From a virus, in IMG/VR virus record IMGVR_UViG_3300009158_000046, positions 8,978-72,977 of that record: 64,000 nt of DNA; one strand, 5' to 3'. The first letter of the stretch is position 1. Each line of letters starts with the position of its first letter. The position numbers were made by a program, and so were the translations under genes. Of this stretch, positions 26,264 to 36,700 are shown piece after piece. The notes under the pieces were generated by a model, which was given only the letters and a program-made list of their open reading frames with translations, had not been told where the DNA came from and did no database searches.

Positions 26264-27334
26264 ATGAAGCAGGTAGCCATTACGTCAGATATTCAGAGCC
26301 GACTGCAAGTTGCAGTCGGGTCGGAAATCGACGTCAGCAACCTCGCAATCTACGAGGCGATCGCCCTCAACACCCGCCCGGTGCGTAAGCAGCACCCGAT
26401 GTACGTCGGTGGGACGCACACCAAGCACTTCCTGGAGCAGATGGCGGCTGCGGTCGGCAAGGAAAGCCTGCCTCTCCAGATCCAGCACGACGCAGGACCC
26501 CTCCCGGTCGGCCGTATCTTCTACGGCGAGGTGATCGACTCCCCGAACGGCATCAGCGAGCTTCGCGTGCTGTTCTGGGTCGACCGGACCAATTCCGACA
26601 TCGTCAATCTCGTCGACAACGGCACCGTCGATCAGGTGTCCGTGTCAGTGCTGCCAGCCAAGGTCACCTGCAACATGTGCGGGTTCAACTTCCTTGGCGA
26701 TACCGCCACCATCGACAACGTTTGGACGGGTACGTGCGATCAGGGGCACGTCATGGGCACCGATGGTGCCCACGTCATCATGAACGATCTGAACCGCTGG
26801 TTCGAAATGAGCCTCGTCGGCCAGGGAGGAATCCCCGGTGCTCGGATCGTCCCACGCACCGGGGCTCTGCTCGCGGCAAGTGGGAGTGACCTTCCCTTCC
26901 TGACCCTCACGCTCTCGTCCAATGAACTGGAGAAGCTGTCCATGGACCTCACCAAGCTCATCTCCGAGCTGACCGACAGCAAGGCCGAAGTGGTCGCCCT
27001 CAAGGCGTCTCAGGCCACGCTGACCGAGCAGCTCGCCACTGCGGCCTCGTCCATCGCCACGAAGGATGCCGAGATCGAGGCCCTGAAGGCCCAGATCAAG
27101 GATCCCGCTGTCGACACCACGGCTGTCAACGCGCTTTCCGACATCGCCAAGCATGTCCTGGCGCTGACCGGGGATGCCACCGGCACTCCTCCGGCCGAGG
27201 CCGACAAGATCGTCGAACTTGTCAAGACGACGAAGCTTTCGATCGCTCCTGCCTCCTCGAAGGCCGCTGACGGCAGCGAAGACGGCAAGGAAGCTCCCCT
27301 GATGCTTGCCGCCTCGGCGTTCAAGCGGCGCTAA
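26264..27334 (+). CDS. Prohead protease / scaffold fusion
   Basis: QIQHD...PVGRI, VSVS and WFEMSLVGQG (HK97-like protease pattern) followed by a coiled coil. Confidence 0.7.
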   Translation: MKQVAITSDIQSRLQVAVGSEIDVSNLAIYEAIALNTRPVRKQHPMYVGGTHTKHFLEQMAAAVGKESLPLQIQHDAGPLPVGRIFYGEVIDSPNGISELRVLFWVDRTNSDIVNLVDNGTVDQVSVSVLPAKVTCNMCGFNFLGDTATIDNVWTGTCDQGHVMGTDGAHVIMNDLNRWFEMSLVGQGGIPGARIVPRTGALLAASGSDLPFLTLTLSSNELEKLSMDLTKLISELTDSKAEVVALKASQATLTEQLATAASSIATKDAEIEALKAQIKDPAVDTTAVNALSDIAKHVLALTGDATGTPPAEADKIVELVKTTKLSIAPASSKAADGSEDGKEAPLMLAASAFKRR

Positions 27335-27351
27335 CCTGAGAGGTCTGACCC

Positions 27352-27753
27352 ATGCCCACTCTTCCCTTCCACAACATCGTCACCCTCAAGGGTATTCACT
27401 TCGATGACTTCGAGGTGACGATGAACCTTGCCACGACCATCACCAAGTCCGACGAGGGCAAGGCCGTGTCGTTCGACACGGGCGCGGCAAACAAGGCCAA
27501 GCTCGCGGCTGACGGCGACGTTCTACTCGGTCGCCTTGAGCTGGTCGAAGTCCGTTCCAGCTCGCAGGTGCTCGGGACGGTCGCCCTGATGTTCATCAAC
27601 ACCCTCCCGGTCAAGTCGGGCTCGACGGTCAACATCGGTGACACCGTCGTCGGCGCTGGCTCTGGCGAGGTCAAGGCCGGGACGGCGAACCCTACCGACA
27701 ACATCGTTGTCGAGAAGATCAGCTCCACCCAGGTCGTCGTCTTCAAGCGCTAA
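27352..27753 (+). CDS. Head decoration/cement protein
   Basis: 133 aa beta-rich ORF between scaffold and capsid genes. Confidence 0.6.
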   Translation: MPTLPFHNIVTLKGIHFDDFEVTMNLATTITKSDEGKAVSFDTGAANKAKLAADGDVLLGRLELVEVRSSSQVLGTVALMFINTLPVKSGSTVNIGDTVVGAGSGEVKAGTANPTDNIVVEKISSTQVVVFKR

Positions 27754-27765
27754 GGAGCCCCACAC

Positions 27766-28968
27766 ATGACCGCGCCCCTCAAGTCCCTGACCGCGATCCA
27801 GCGTGTTGCGCCCGAGGCGCTTCTCGCCGGGATCAAGAACGAGTCCCGCAGCGCCTCGGCAGAAGCCGGGCAGAACCTGCTCAGCAATGCCGCTGACTAC
27901 GGCCTGGAGCTGCGTGACTACCTGCGCCTCGCCATCGACCCCCGCAAGTCGGAGCGCCGTGGCGACTTTGGCGACCTGAACGGCTACGAGGCAGCTTTGC
28001 TGTATCTCGGCCTGCCTTTCAAGGACGACTTCGACAGTGGCGTCACGCTCGACCTCGCTTCGGACACCTTCCAGACCTTCCCCGGCACCCGCGCGATGTT
28101 CCCCGAGGTCATCGACGATCTGGTGCAGTGGAAGTACCGGCAGGACCAGTTCGAGGTCGTTGCTCCGATGGTCGCCCAGACCCGCACGATCGCCGGGAAT
28201 GAGCTGCTGACGACGATCGTCAACGACAGCCAGGATGACTACACCCTGATGCGTCCGATCGCCGAGCTGGCGACCATCCCTGTCTGGTCGATCCGCACCA
28301 CCCAGCAGTCCGTCAAGATGTGGAAGATCGGCGGCGGCTACAAGACCTCCTACGAGTTCTCACGCCGTGCCCGTCTCGACATCCTGACCCCCTACGCCAA
28401 CCGCATCAACCGCGAGCTGGAGCGCTCCAAGGTTGCTGTCGGCACCAGCGTGCTGGTCAACGGCGACGGTGTCGTCGGAGCCGCCCCGGTGGTCACCCAG
28501 TCGTCGTTCAACAGCACGGCGATCGGCACCGCGACCAACAACGTCCTCTCCTACAAGCACCTTCTGGCGTGGCTCGTTGCCCGCGCCCAGGCCGGTACTC
28601 CGGTGGACACGGTGGTCGGCAACTGGGACGCCTACATCCAGTGGCTGCTCCTGTTCGCGGTTCCGCTGGCGAACGGCGGCGGTGACATGACGGCTGCTGC
28701 CAACATGGCCCGCGCTGGCTTCCAGATGGGCGGCGTGCCGATCCTCCAGGGTCAGGTGAACTTCGCCATCTCCTCGACGGCGACGGCCAACCAGCTCCTG
28801 GGCTACTCCAAGGCCGACACCATGGAGGAGCTGCAGGAGGCCGGTTCGCTGATCAGCGAGGCGGAGCGCGCGGTCATGAACCAGTCGGTGACCTACACGA
28901 AGTCCGAGGTCTCGGGCTTCCGCCTTGTGTTCCCGGACACCCGCTCGATCTTCAACTTCGGCGCGTGA
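27766..28968 (+). CDS. Major capsid protein
   Basis: 400 aa, strong codon bias, AAGGAG RBS, terminator downstream, position. Confidence 0.8.
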   Translation: MTAPLKSLTAIQRVAPEALLAGIKNESRSASAEAGQNLLSNAADYGLELRDYLRLAIDPRKSERRGDFGDLNGYEAALLYLGLPFKDDFDSGVTLDLASDTFQTFPGTRAMFPEVIDDLVQWKYRQDQFEVVAPMVAQTRTIAGNELLTTIVNDSQDDYTLMRPIAELATIPVWSIRTTQQSVKMWKIGGGYKTSYEFSRRARLDILTPYANRINRELERSKVAVGTSVLVNGDGVVGAAPVVTQSSFNSTAIGTATNNVLSYKHLLAWLVARAQAGTPVDTVVGNWDAYIQWLLLFAVPLANGGGDMTAAANMARAGFQMGGVPILQGQVNFAISSTATANQLLGYSKADTMEELQEAGSLISEAERAVMNQSVTYTKSEVSGFRLVFPDTRSIFNFGA

Positions 28969-28975
28969 TCCACAT

Positions 28976-29007
28976 TGGCTCCAGGGCTTTTGCCCTGGAG
29001 CCATTTT
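28976..29007 (+). terminator. Intrinsic terminator after the capsid gene
   Basis: TGGCTCCAGGGC-TTTT-GCCCTGGAGCCA-TTTT. Confidence 0.8.
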
Positions 29008-29021
29008 CATGAGGGATCTCC

Positions 29022-29342
29022 ATGGCCAAGCTGCTTGTTGAAACTCGTGGCGACTATCAGCTCGTCGATTTCGAGAGCAACACACTCGCCCAAGCCCACC
29101 GTCCGTCTGTCGTACCGGCAGGCGGTTTTTTTGATGCCGAAATCCAGAACCGCAGGTTGACTCTTCTGGCCGAGCTTGCCGATACCGCGACTGACGAGGA
29201 CTGGGTGGAAACCCTGGAAGCGTCTGGCGAAGTGACATTGGCAATCGAGGCTTTCAAGTCGATGCACGCCCTCGTCATCGTCAAGAAGACCGAGCCGGTG
29301 AAGACTGCGCCTGCCTCAAGGCGTGGCTCGAAGGTTAGCTGA
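29022..29342 (+). CDS. hypothetical (virion morphogenesis) protein
   Basis: 106 aa, GAGG RBS. Confidence 0.65.
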   Translation: MAKLLVETRGDYQLVDFESNTLAQAHRPSVVPAGGFFDAEIQNRRLTLLAELADTATDEDWVETLEASGEVTLAIEAFKSMHALVIVKKTEPVKTAPASRRGSKVS

Positions 29343-29344
29343 TC

Positions 29345-30061
29345 ATGGACGTTCTTGTCGGGACCGCCGCCACCCTGCGTGTGGACTTCAACGGCCCGGT
29401 AGGGACGCTTTCTGCCGACGCGAGTTCAATATCGTGGCGGCTGTTCAATACTGCCGGGGTGCAGATTGGAAGCACGACCTCCGTCGCCAACGCGGCGGGG
29501 GTCGGTTCCGTCAGCATCGAGGTGCTGGCCACCAATCACACGATCGATGCTGCCCGCCGCTTCGAGAAGCGCACTCTCGTCACGACATGGAAGTGCGGCG
29601 GCAAGAGCTACGCTGACCGCACGACCTACCGCGTCATCCCGCTCCTGAACCACTCGGTCACGGCCGACGATGTGCGGACCCTGCTGGGCCTCAACGAGGA
29701 CGAGCTTCAAGACACCGAGATCGACATCACTGCCGCCTACTTCCGCTTCGAGGAGGACGCCACTCAGGCGGCTCTGGAGACGGCGCTGGCCAGCGGCACC
29801 ATGAGCGAGGTCCGGGCCAACAGGGGCATTGCCGCTGATGCTGCCCTTGCGATCATCCCGTCGATGCCTATCCGCACGACGCAGACCCAGGCCAATGGGG
29901 AACTCCGCAGCGAACGGTTCCGCACACCTCCGGACTTTTCCGCGCTGGAAGCCACTATCCGCAATCAGCGGTCTGAGGCTCTCACCGCAGTGGCGTCGAC
30001 CGAAACCATTGTTCCCAGTCTGCTGGTTCTCACATCGCCCACAGACGTCATCACGGGGTAA
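29345..30061 (+). CDS. Putative head-tail adaptor
   Basis: VTADDVRTLLGL motif; position. Confidence 0.55.
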   Translation: MDVLVGTAATLRVDFNGPVGTLSADASSISWRLFNTAGVQIGSTTSVANAAGVGSVSIEVLATNHTIDAARRFEKRTLVTTWKCGGKSYADRTTYRVIPLLNHSVTADDVRTLLGLNEDELQDTEIDITAAYFRFEEDATQAALETALASGTMSEVRANRGIAADAALAIIPSMPIRTTQTQANGELRSERFRTPPDFSALEATIRNQRSEALTAVASTETIVPSLLVLTSPTDVITG

Positions 30062-30064
30062 GCC

Positions 30065-30595
30065 GTGTTCACGCTTCAGCGGACCAGCAAGCGGTTTTCC
30101 GATTGGCTCAAGACTCAGGACGGTCGCGAGTTTCGAGGCACCATTCAGCCGCTCAAAGAGGGCAGCGTATCGGCATCGACCTTTGCCGAGGGGCGCTACA
30201 TGCTCCACGTCGCCGTCAACGAGCCGGTCACCGCCGGTACGGTCATCTTTGATCGCTGGAACAGGCCGTTCCTGGTCGGCAGCCATGACATTCGCAGGGA
30301 CGCCCGGTCGCACAAGCTGTTCGTGATGACCGACTACGTCTCGTGGACACGCTCCGTTCCGCAGACCGACCTCGTCACCGGCTTGAAGAAGAGCGAGCAG
30401 GAAGTTGAACTGGGTCCGATCTGGTGCGCGATCGAAATCTTCGGCCGCGAGGAGGTTGATCGCGCTGTCCACGTCGGCTTTGACCGATCCAAGGTTCTGA
30501 CCGGTTCCCCGATCTTGCTCAATGACAAGATCGACGGTCGCATGGTGCGTCGTCTCTTCAACGTGTTCGGGGTGTGGAGTGGCGAAATCCAGTAG
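30065..30595 (+). CDS. Putative head closure protein
   Basis: 176 aa beta-rich; position. Confidence 0.5.
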   Translation: MFTLQRTSKRFSDWLKTQDGREFRGTIQPLKEGSVSASTFAEGRYMLHVAVNEPVTAGTVIFDRWNRPFLVGSHDIRRDARSHKLFVMTDYVSWTRSVPQTDLVTGLKKSEQEVELGPIWCAIEIFGREEVDRAVHVGFDRSKVLTGSPILLNDKIDGRMVRRLFNVFGVWSGEIQ

Positions 30596-31490
30596 GCCGG
30601 GTCCACCCGTCCGAGGGTCAAGCACCCTCCCCGACATTGTCCGTGTCAAATTCCGCATCGGTGATACGCGAGCCGGTGGGCGGCAGTCGGACGTCCAGGG
30701 CGGGCTGCTGAATGAGCCTCAGGTCCAGGCGTTTCAGAAAACCATGCTGGACGTCATCAAGGTGCGCGCCTCTGGCCGCATCCAGGCGGCGTTTCGCAGA
30801 TCGCTTGACAAGATCGAAGACGACATCCGTCAAGATCTTGATGACTTTGCCCAGATCGCCCTGAGGTTCGCGACCAGTCAGGAAAGTCCCGAGCGTGGAA
30901 CCCTGAAAATCGCCCCTCCCCCGGTTGCGCGCACATCGGGAACGGCCACTTTCAAGTCGTTCATTCGAACATCGAATGCTGACTTGCGGGCTGCGGCTTT
31001 GGACTGGCCATCCCTGACCAAGCGCTGGATGGATCAGAAGAAGAACAGAACCTTCTTCGTCGGCAAGGGTGCGGCTCTAGGCCGAAGAGGAGGTCTCAAG
31101 GGCTTTCTTGGTCGAGAGCTGGGAAACGCCTACCAAGAGCTTTTTGATCCTCGCATCGTGCTTCGAACAGAGAACGAGAGAACTGACAAGGGCACCGTGC
31201 GGGAACGGGTTGCTCGCATCACCGTGTCATTTTCGCAGAAGAACCCGGCTCTCGCGAGAGAGATCCAGGGTCTTGGCAAGACCGGCGTGGATGACTCCGG
31301 CATTCTGGAGTCGCTGTTCGCCGGTCGCGATGACGTCATCCGCAAGCTGGAAAACCGAGGCAAGGGACGTCGCCCAAAGCGTCCATGGGTCGGGGCCTTT
31401 GCCCGCTTTTGGCTGGTGAACCGCATGCCGGAAGTGGCAAACAGCTCTCTCAGCCAAAACATCGCCCGCCTCAAGAGAAGCGAGTTCTGA
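30579..31490 (+). CDS. Putative neck/tail completion protein
   Basis: Basic; WPSLT and RPKRPWV motifs; start uncertain. Confidence 0.5.
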   Translation: MAKSSRPGPPVRGSSTLPDIVRVKFRIGDTRAGGRQSDVQGGLLNEPQVQAFQKTMLDVIKVRASGRIQAAFRRSLDKIEDDIRQDLDDFAQIALRFATSQESPERGTLKIAPPPVARTSGTATFKSFIRTSNADLRAAALDWPSLTKRWMDQKKNRTFFVGKGAALGRRGGLKGFLGRELGNAYQELFDPRIVLRTENERTDKGTVRERVARITVSFSQKNPALAREIQGLGKTGVDDSGILESLFAGRDDVIRKLENRGKGRRPKRPWVGAFARFWLVNRMPEVANSSLSQNIARLKRSEF

Positions 31491-31493
31491 CCC

Positions 31494-31928
31494 ATGTTCA
31501 ACGTTTCGCGGATCGCGGTCATCAAGTTGATCAACGACACTATGCAGAGTCTGACGCCACCCACCGGCATCGGACTTCAGTACATTGACTGGGATGATGC
31601 TTCGGACATCCAGGATGTGCCGCCCACTGACCTGATCGGTCTGAACGGCTTCGCCATGACGGACCTGGACAGGGTCCATGACGTGATGTTTGGCGTCTCG
31701 GTGGCCAGCTACAACGACCCGAACCTGTTTCGCGTCAGTCGCTACGCTGACCTCTTTTACCGGACTTTGAAGACCGGCTCTTACTTCTCTGTTTGGAATG
31801 CTGACACGGCGCAGAAGATCGGCAACATCACGCTCTATGCCGGAACTTCTGTCTCTCCGATCACGCGAGCTGAAAATCGCGCGATGCAGAACATTGTTGC
31901 TAAGGGACGTCTGGTTCTGACGACTTGA
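31494..31928 (+). CDS. Putative tail terminator
   Basis: 144 aa preceding the tail tube gene. Confidence 0.5.
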   Translation: MFNVSRIAVIKLINDTMQSLTPPTGIGLQYIDWDDASDIQDVPPTDLIGLNGFAMTDLDRVHDVMFGVSVASYNDPNLFRVSRYADLFYRTLKTGSYFSVWNADTAQKIGNITLYAGTSVSPITRAENRAMQNIVAKGRLVLTT

Positions 31929-32127
31929 GGTCCAGCGTCGGCCCTCCTCCTGCTCGATAGAGGAAGTGTAGGAGATCTCGGGTCCCTTGGTTTTGTTCGG
32001 ACAGCCCAACTTCAACCAAGTATGTGACTTCGGCTGAAAGACTGCGGTGATTGAATTCGGCTCTCTTTTTCAGAATGTCGTACATCGCATCTGAAACTGA
32101 GATCGAAAAAGTCCTCTTCTGCATCAC
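31900..32127 (-). CDS. Arc-like ribbon-helix-helix regulator
   Basis: TFSISVSDAMYDILKKRAEFNHRSLSAEV matches the Arc pattern. Confidence 0.8.
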   Translation of the reverse strand: MMQKRTFSISVSDAMYDILKKRAEFNHRSLSAEVTYLVEVGLSEQNQGTRDLLHFLYRAGGGPTLDLKSSEPDVP

Positions 32128-32152
32128 GACATCCCACTAATGCTAACAGCCT

Positions 32153-32185
32153 ACTTGTTGAACAAGTGGGATTTGATGCCGATAT
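32153..32185. promoter_or_regulatory. Palindrome ACTTGTT-G-AACAAGT overlapping a candidate tail-tube promoter
   Basis: GTTGAA-N17-CGATAT at 32157-32185, in the divergent gap between the Arc-like and tail tube genes. Confidence 0.5.
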
Positions 32186-32224
32186 TGCAAGCGCACAAGT
32201 TTCATTCCTGCCTTGGAGATCCCT

Positions 32225-33022
32225 ATGCCCGGCAGCGCAAAGACTTCCCAGTTTTTCTTCTCCACCGCCACGGTTCTGGTGGGAACCCAGTCCGAGCAGC
32301 TCACGCTGAACACGGCAGCCAACAGCATCGGCCTCGTGAAGAACGTGGCGGTCGAGGCCGATCCCGGCACCGTCGACCTGACCCAGGGCATCATGAACGA
32401 TCTCGTGATGACCATGGTCAACTCGATGAACATCAAGGTGAGCATGGAAGTGTACGAGTACACCGCCAAGAACCTCGCCTACGGCCTCTCGCTCGACGGC
32501 ACGGGCTCCAACTACGCGGCCAACGCCAGCTCCTACACTCTGGCTGCTGCCGTCGCAGCAGCAGCGACCACCCTGACTGTCGCCACGGACTTGACGACCA
32601 CGTTCACCGCCGGTTCGTGGATCTTCATCCAGGAAGGCACGGACGACGTCATTCATCTTGCCCGCGTGGTTTCCTCGGCTTTCTCCTCGCCGAACACCAC
32701 GATCACCTTCACCGGTATGCCCGTTCCGACCGGCATGTCGTTCACGACCGCTGGCCGCGTCGGCAAGCTGAACAAGATCGACTTCGACCCGAACGCCGCC
32801 ATGGTCTCGCTGTCGGTTCGCATCCTCGGCACGCTCGCCACCGACAAGCGCCCGATTGGTCTGCACTTCCCGAAGGTGAAGGTGACCAAGGGCTTCTCGA
32901 TGCGCTTTGCTGCCGACAACTTCGGCAATCTGCCCTTCGAGTTCATGCCCTACTCGCCCATCTCCACCGACCCCGGCTACAACGCGCAGTACAATCAGCG
33001 CATGCACGTCTTCGTGCCGTGA
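32225..33022 (+). CDS. Major tail tube protein
   Basis: SIGLVKNV and FGNLPFEF motifs; strong codon bias; precedes chaperones and tape measure. Confidence 0.75.
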   Translation: MPGSAKTSQFFFSTATVLVGTQSEQLTLNTAANSIGLVKNVAVEADPGTVDLTQGIMNDLVMTMVNSMNIKVSMEVYEYTAKNLAYGLSLDGTGSNYAANASSYTLAAAVAAAATTLTVATDLTTTFTAGSWIFIQEGTDDVIHLARVVSSAFSSPNTTITFTGMPVPTGMSFTTAGRVGKLNKIDFDPNAAMVSLSVRILGTLATDKRPIGLHFPKVKVTKGFSMRFAADNFGNLPFEFMPYSPISTDPGYNAQYNQRMHVFVP

Positions 33023-33067
33023 TGATCTTCAAGTAGCGGCTCTGCCCTCGGTCGTTACTTGTGATAG

Positions 33068-33106
33068 ACTGCCCTCGCGATTATATCGCGAGGGCAGTTT
33101 TATTTT
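33068..33106 (+). terminator. Intrinsic terminator with 14 bp stem, overlapping a candidate promoter
   Basis: ACTGCCCTCGCGAT-TAT-ATCGCGAGGGCAGT-TTTATTTT. Confidence 0.8.
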
Positions 33107-33115
33107 GAGGGCACC

Positions 33116-33523
33116 ATGGAAGACAAACTCGAAATACAGGTTCTTACTTCAGACAGTACCTCAGAGACACGAACCGTGTTCATGAGCTACGGGCTTCTGA
33201 ACAGCCTTACGGGGCTCATTGGAGATCCTGACAGAGCAGTGATGTTGGAGACGGATCCGGAACTCTGCAGCACCATCGTGACGGCTGTGTTTGTTCCTCG
33301 GACTCCATCCGGAAAGATCAACGTCAAGCTCGAAGATTACGACCCCCCTGGTCTCACCACCACGGAAGCAGAGAAGCTGTTCGACTGGGTGAAAGGGCAT
33401 GTGGTCGATTTTTTTACGCGAAGGCTCCGCAGCTCCCTAAAGCTGATGGAGGACCGAAAGGACGAGCTGAAAGCAATCGGGTCCTCACTGGTTGGCTTGA
33501 GTCCCGCACCTTCGAAGACATGA
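33116..33523 (+). CDS. Tail assembly chaperone (gpG-like)
   Basis: Position; slippery T-TTT-TTT at 33409-33415. Confidence 0.75.
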   Translation: MEDKLEIQVLTSDSTSETRTVFMSYGLLNSLTGLIGDPDRAVMLETDPELCSTIVTAVFVPRTPSGKINVKLEDYDPPGLTTTEAEKLFDWVKGHVVDFFTRRLRSSLKLMEDRKDELKAIGSSLVGLSPAPSKT

Positions 33524-33777
33524 TCGTGTTCACGCTTGGAGTAAGGCCCAGTGCTCTTATCGACATTTACTGGTCCCACTCCCTGCGTGATCTACAGACT
33601 ATCACTCGGTTGCGTATGGAATACGAGATGGTGAAGGCCTCATCCTTCACCGAAAGTCTCGCTGAGATCGCAAAGGCATTATTCCCGAGCGATGAGAGCA
33701 AGCGAGCTAGTGGGAACGTCATCAGCAGCGTCGATGACGCTATGGCTCTAGCAGCGGAGATCAACGCCAGTGGCTGA
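33415..33777 (+). CDS. Tail assembly chaperone extension (gpT-like, -1 frame)
   Basis: The -1 frame is open from the slippery site through the ATG at 33520 to 33777. Confidence 0.7.
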   Translation, partial: YAKAPQLPKADGGPKGRAESNRVLTGWLESRTFEDMIVFTLGVRPSALIDIYWSHSLRDLQTITRLRMEYEMVKASSFTESLAEIAKALFPSDESKRASGNVISSVDDAMALAAEINASG

Positions 33778-36700
33778 CGACATCGAAATTGGCATTGGCG
33801 CAGATGCCACTTCCGCAGTCTCTGGCATCAACAAGATGGTGCAGGGCCTCAACGACGCCGTCAGGGCGGCGGGGAGGCTGGAGCAGGTCTATCGAAGCAT
33901 CAGTGCTCAGGCAGCGCGGGGCAACGAGGACGCCATTGCTCGTCTGAAAGACCTTCGCGACCAGATCAAGCTGGAAAGCGAAGCTCTGCAGGTCCGCAAG
34001 TCAAAGGTCATGCAGACGGAGAGTGTTCGCGGACGCGGCCGGACACTTGCCGATGACAGTCTCGCAGACTTCACCGTCCAGGCCTACACCAAGGGCTTCA
34101 ACGTCAACAACAAGCAGATCGAGGCCCGCATCCGGCAGGCCGCGAGCAAGGCTGCAGAGCGCCTCGTAACCGCCACCGCCGAGGCGCTGGAGGCGCAGCT
34201 CAACTCGACGAAGATCGCCACCTACGCCAAGCAGCTCCGCAACAGCACTCCGGAAGCGCGCAACGCCTCGATCATCCAGATCCAGGACCGAGAGTCCCGG
34301 CGCGTGCAGCAGTACGGCGGCTATTCCTCGCTCGCCGAATATCAGGCTGCCAAGGATGCCGAGCGGAATGCAAGGTATCTTGAGCGCGTTCGGACTGCCA
34401 CACTGGCGAAGCAGGATGCTGAGTACAACCGGGCGGCAGCCGCCCGGATGCGTGAAGAGGCGCGTGTTAATCAGCAGGAAGAGAAAGGCAGCTTTTCCAA
34501 CCAGAGCCTGAGGAAGGGAGAGCTGCTTCGCGATCGTGCGGACCGCTTCTTCGACTATGGTGGTCTTGGCGCTGCGGTCCTGGCCGTGACTAGCATGACT
34601 AAGAACTTGCTTGATCTTGACGACGCAATGCTGCGGTTCCAGGCGATCACCCAGACTTCCAACCTGGAGATGGTGACCTTCAAAAAGAACATTCTGGAGA
34701 TGGGGCAATCTAGCCGCTACTCTATCAAGGATCTGACGGAAGCCGCCATCACGCTGGGCCAGACCGGTCTGTCCGGCAGTGCCGTCACCACGGCACTTGC
34801 TCCGATTGTTCAGCTCGCCACGGCGTCGGGGTCGAACATCGGTCAGTCGGTGGAAGTCGTCACTGCCGCCATGGGTGCCTACAACATGGAGGCGTCTCGC
34901 GCAGGCGAGGTCGCCAATACCATGACGGCAGCCCTGAACCTGACCAAGCTGACGATGCAGCAGCTCTCGCTGGGCATCCAGTACGCCGCCAACGTGGCGC
35001 GCGAGAGCGACATCTCCTTCACCGAACTGACGGCGGTCATTGGCGGTCTCGCACAGGCCGGTATCCGCAGCGGTTCGACACTCGGCACCGGCACCCGGCA
35101 GCTCATCCAGGAGCTGTCCGCACCCGGCGACAAGTTGAAGAACATCCTGAAAGAGCTGAACATTCAGCTCGGCGACATCGACATTCGGGGCAACACTTTC
35201 ACCGGGGTTCTGGAGAACCTGCGGAGCAAGGGCTTCGGCACTGCAGAGGCTCTTCGTGCCCTTGACCTGCGTGCTGCTTCTGCCTTCTCCGCACTGGCTG
35301 GCCAGACCGACACGGTCAAGCGCCTTCAGGAAAGTCTGCTGTTGACCAATGCGGCTGCTGAAGGGTCAGCGACAGCCAACCAGAGCCTTTCGGCGTCCTT
35401 CACCCGGCTCAACAACACGATGGTCGGATTGGCTGACAAGGCGTTTGGCCCCGTCATGACGGCCATGAAGGGCGCTACGGACGGTGCAAATGCCCTGTTC
35501 TCGGCTCTTGGATCAAGCGAGTCTGTGAACAAGATCGTGGCGTTCGGCGCGTCGGCTGCAGTGGGTGCCATCGCTATCTCGCAGTTGGCTCGTGGCATGA
35601 GCGTTCTCAGTGCTGCGATCTTTGGTCTTGGGACTGCCGGAACTGCCCTAGCCTTTGTGAATACGGGTCTCGCCGCTATCGCCACCAACCCCCTGGTCGT
35701 CGGTGGTGGTCTTGCCGCCGTTGGTCTTGCCGCCGTGTTGCTGAGCGGATCCAGCGCGGCCGAGAAGCTGGCAGAACGCCTCGACCGTGTGAAGAAGAGC
35801 CTCAACGATCTGCAGTCCAGCCAGATCCAGACACAGGCCTCGCTGCAGACCCTTGAGACCATGCTCGACAGCATCATCCGCCGCCGGGACAAACTCAATG
35901 AGGACCCTCTGCTGCGCCGCACGGCCATCATCGAGGCCCAGAAGGCATTCGAACAGTGGGGCCTCACTGTTGATGCCACCTCAACCAGCGTCGACAGCCT
36001 GATCAAGGCTCTTCAGAGCCTGCGCGGCGTCATGCAAGAGGACATGACCCGAAACCTCAGTCAGCAGCTCATTGACCTTGAGATCAAGTTCAAGTTGCTC
36101 AAGCAACAAATGGCTGAAGACAAGGTTGGAACGGTCAAGAACCTGTTTTCTGCTGCTGGCGGAAACATGTTCAGCGGAGACCGTAGGACTTTCCTCAGCT
36201 CGCAGTTCGGTAGGCTTGGTGTCACGAACGGCGAAGACATCATGAATTTCATGATGCAGAACCCTGACAACATGAACATCGGAGACGTCAGGGGAACGTC
36301 GAACAAATACTTCACGTCTCTGCGCGATGAGCTGGACAGGGTTAAGGGAAACATCCGCAACATCGAGCGCAAGGATGTCATCGACGCACCCACCCAGGCC
36401 GAGCTGGACCGCCTTCGTCAGGCCGAAGTCCTGATCACTGCCCTCATCAAGGAGCTGGGAGATTTCGTCAGCCGGGCCACGAACCTGCAGGGCAACATTC
36501 GCCAGCGGGAAGAGGCCAGCCTTGCCGGACGCGCTTCTACCATCCAGGACGGTGCGACCTACAAGGGTCTGATTGCTCGTCGTGACGAGTTGTTTGGACA
36601 GGTCACCTCCGGAGAGCGCGTCATTCTCTCCAACGAGAACCTTTCGGCTGGTCAAAAGGCGAATGCAATCCGTGACCTTCGCGCGAGCGTGGCACAGGAA

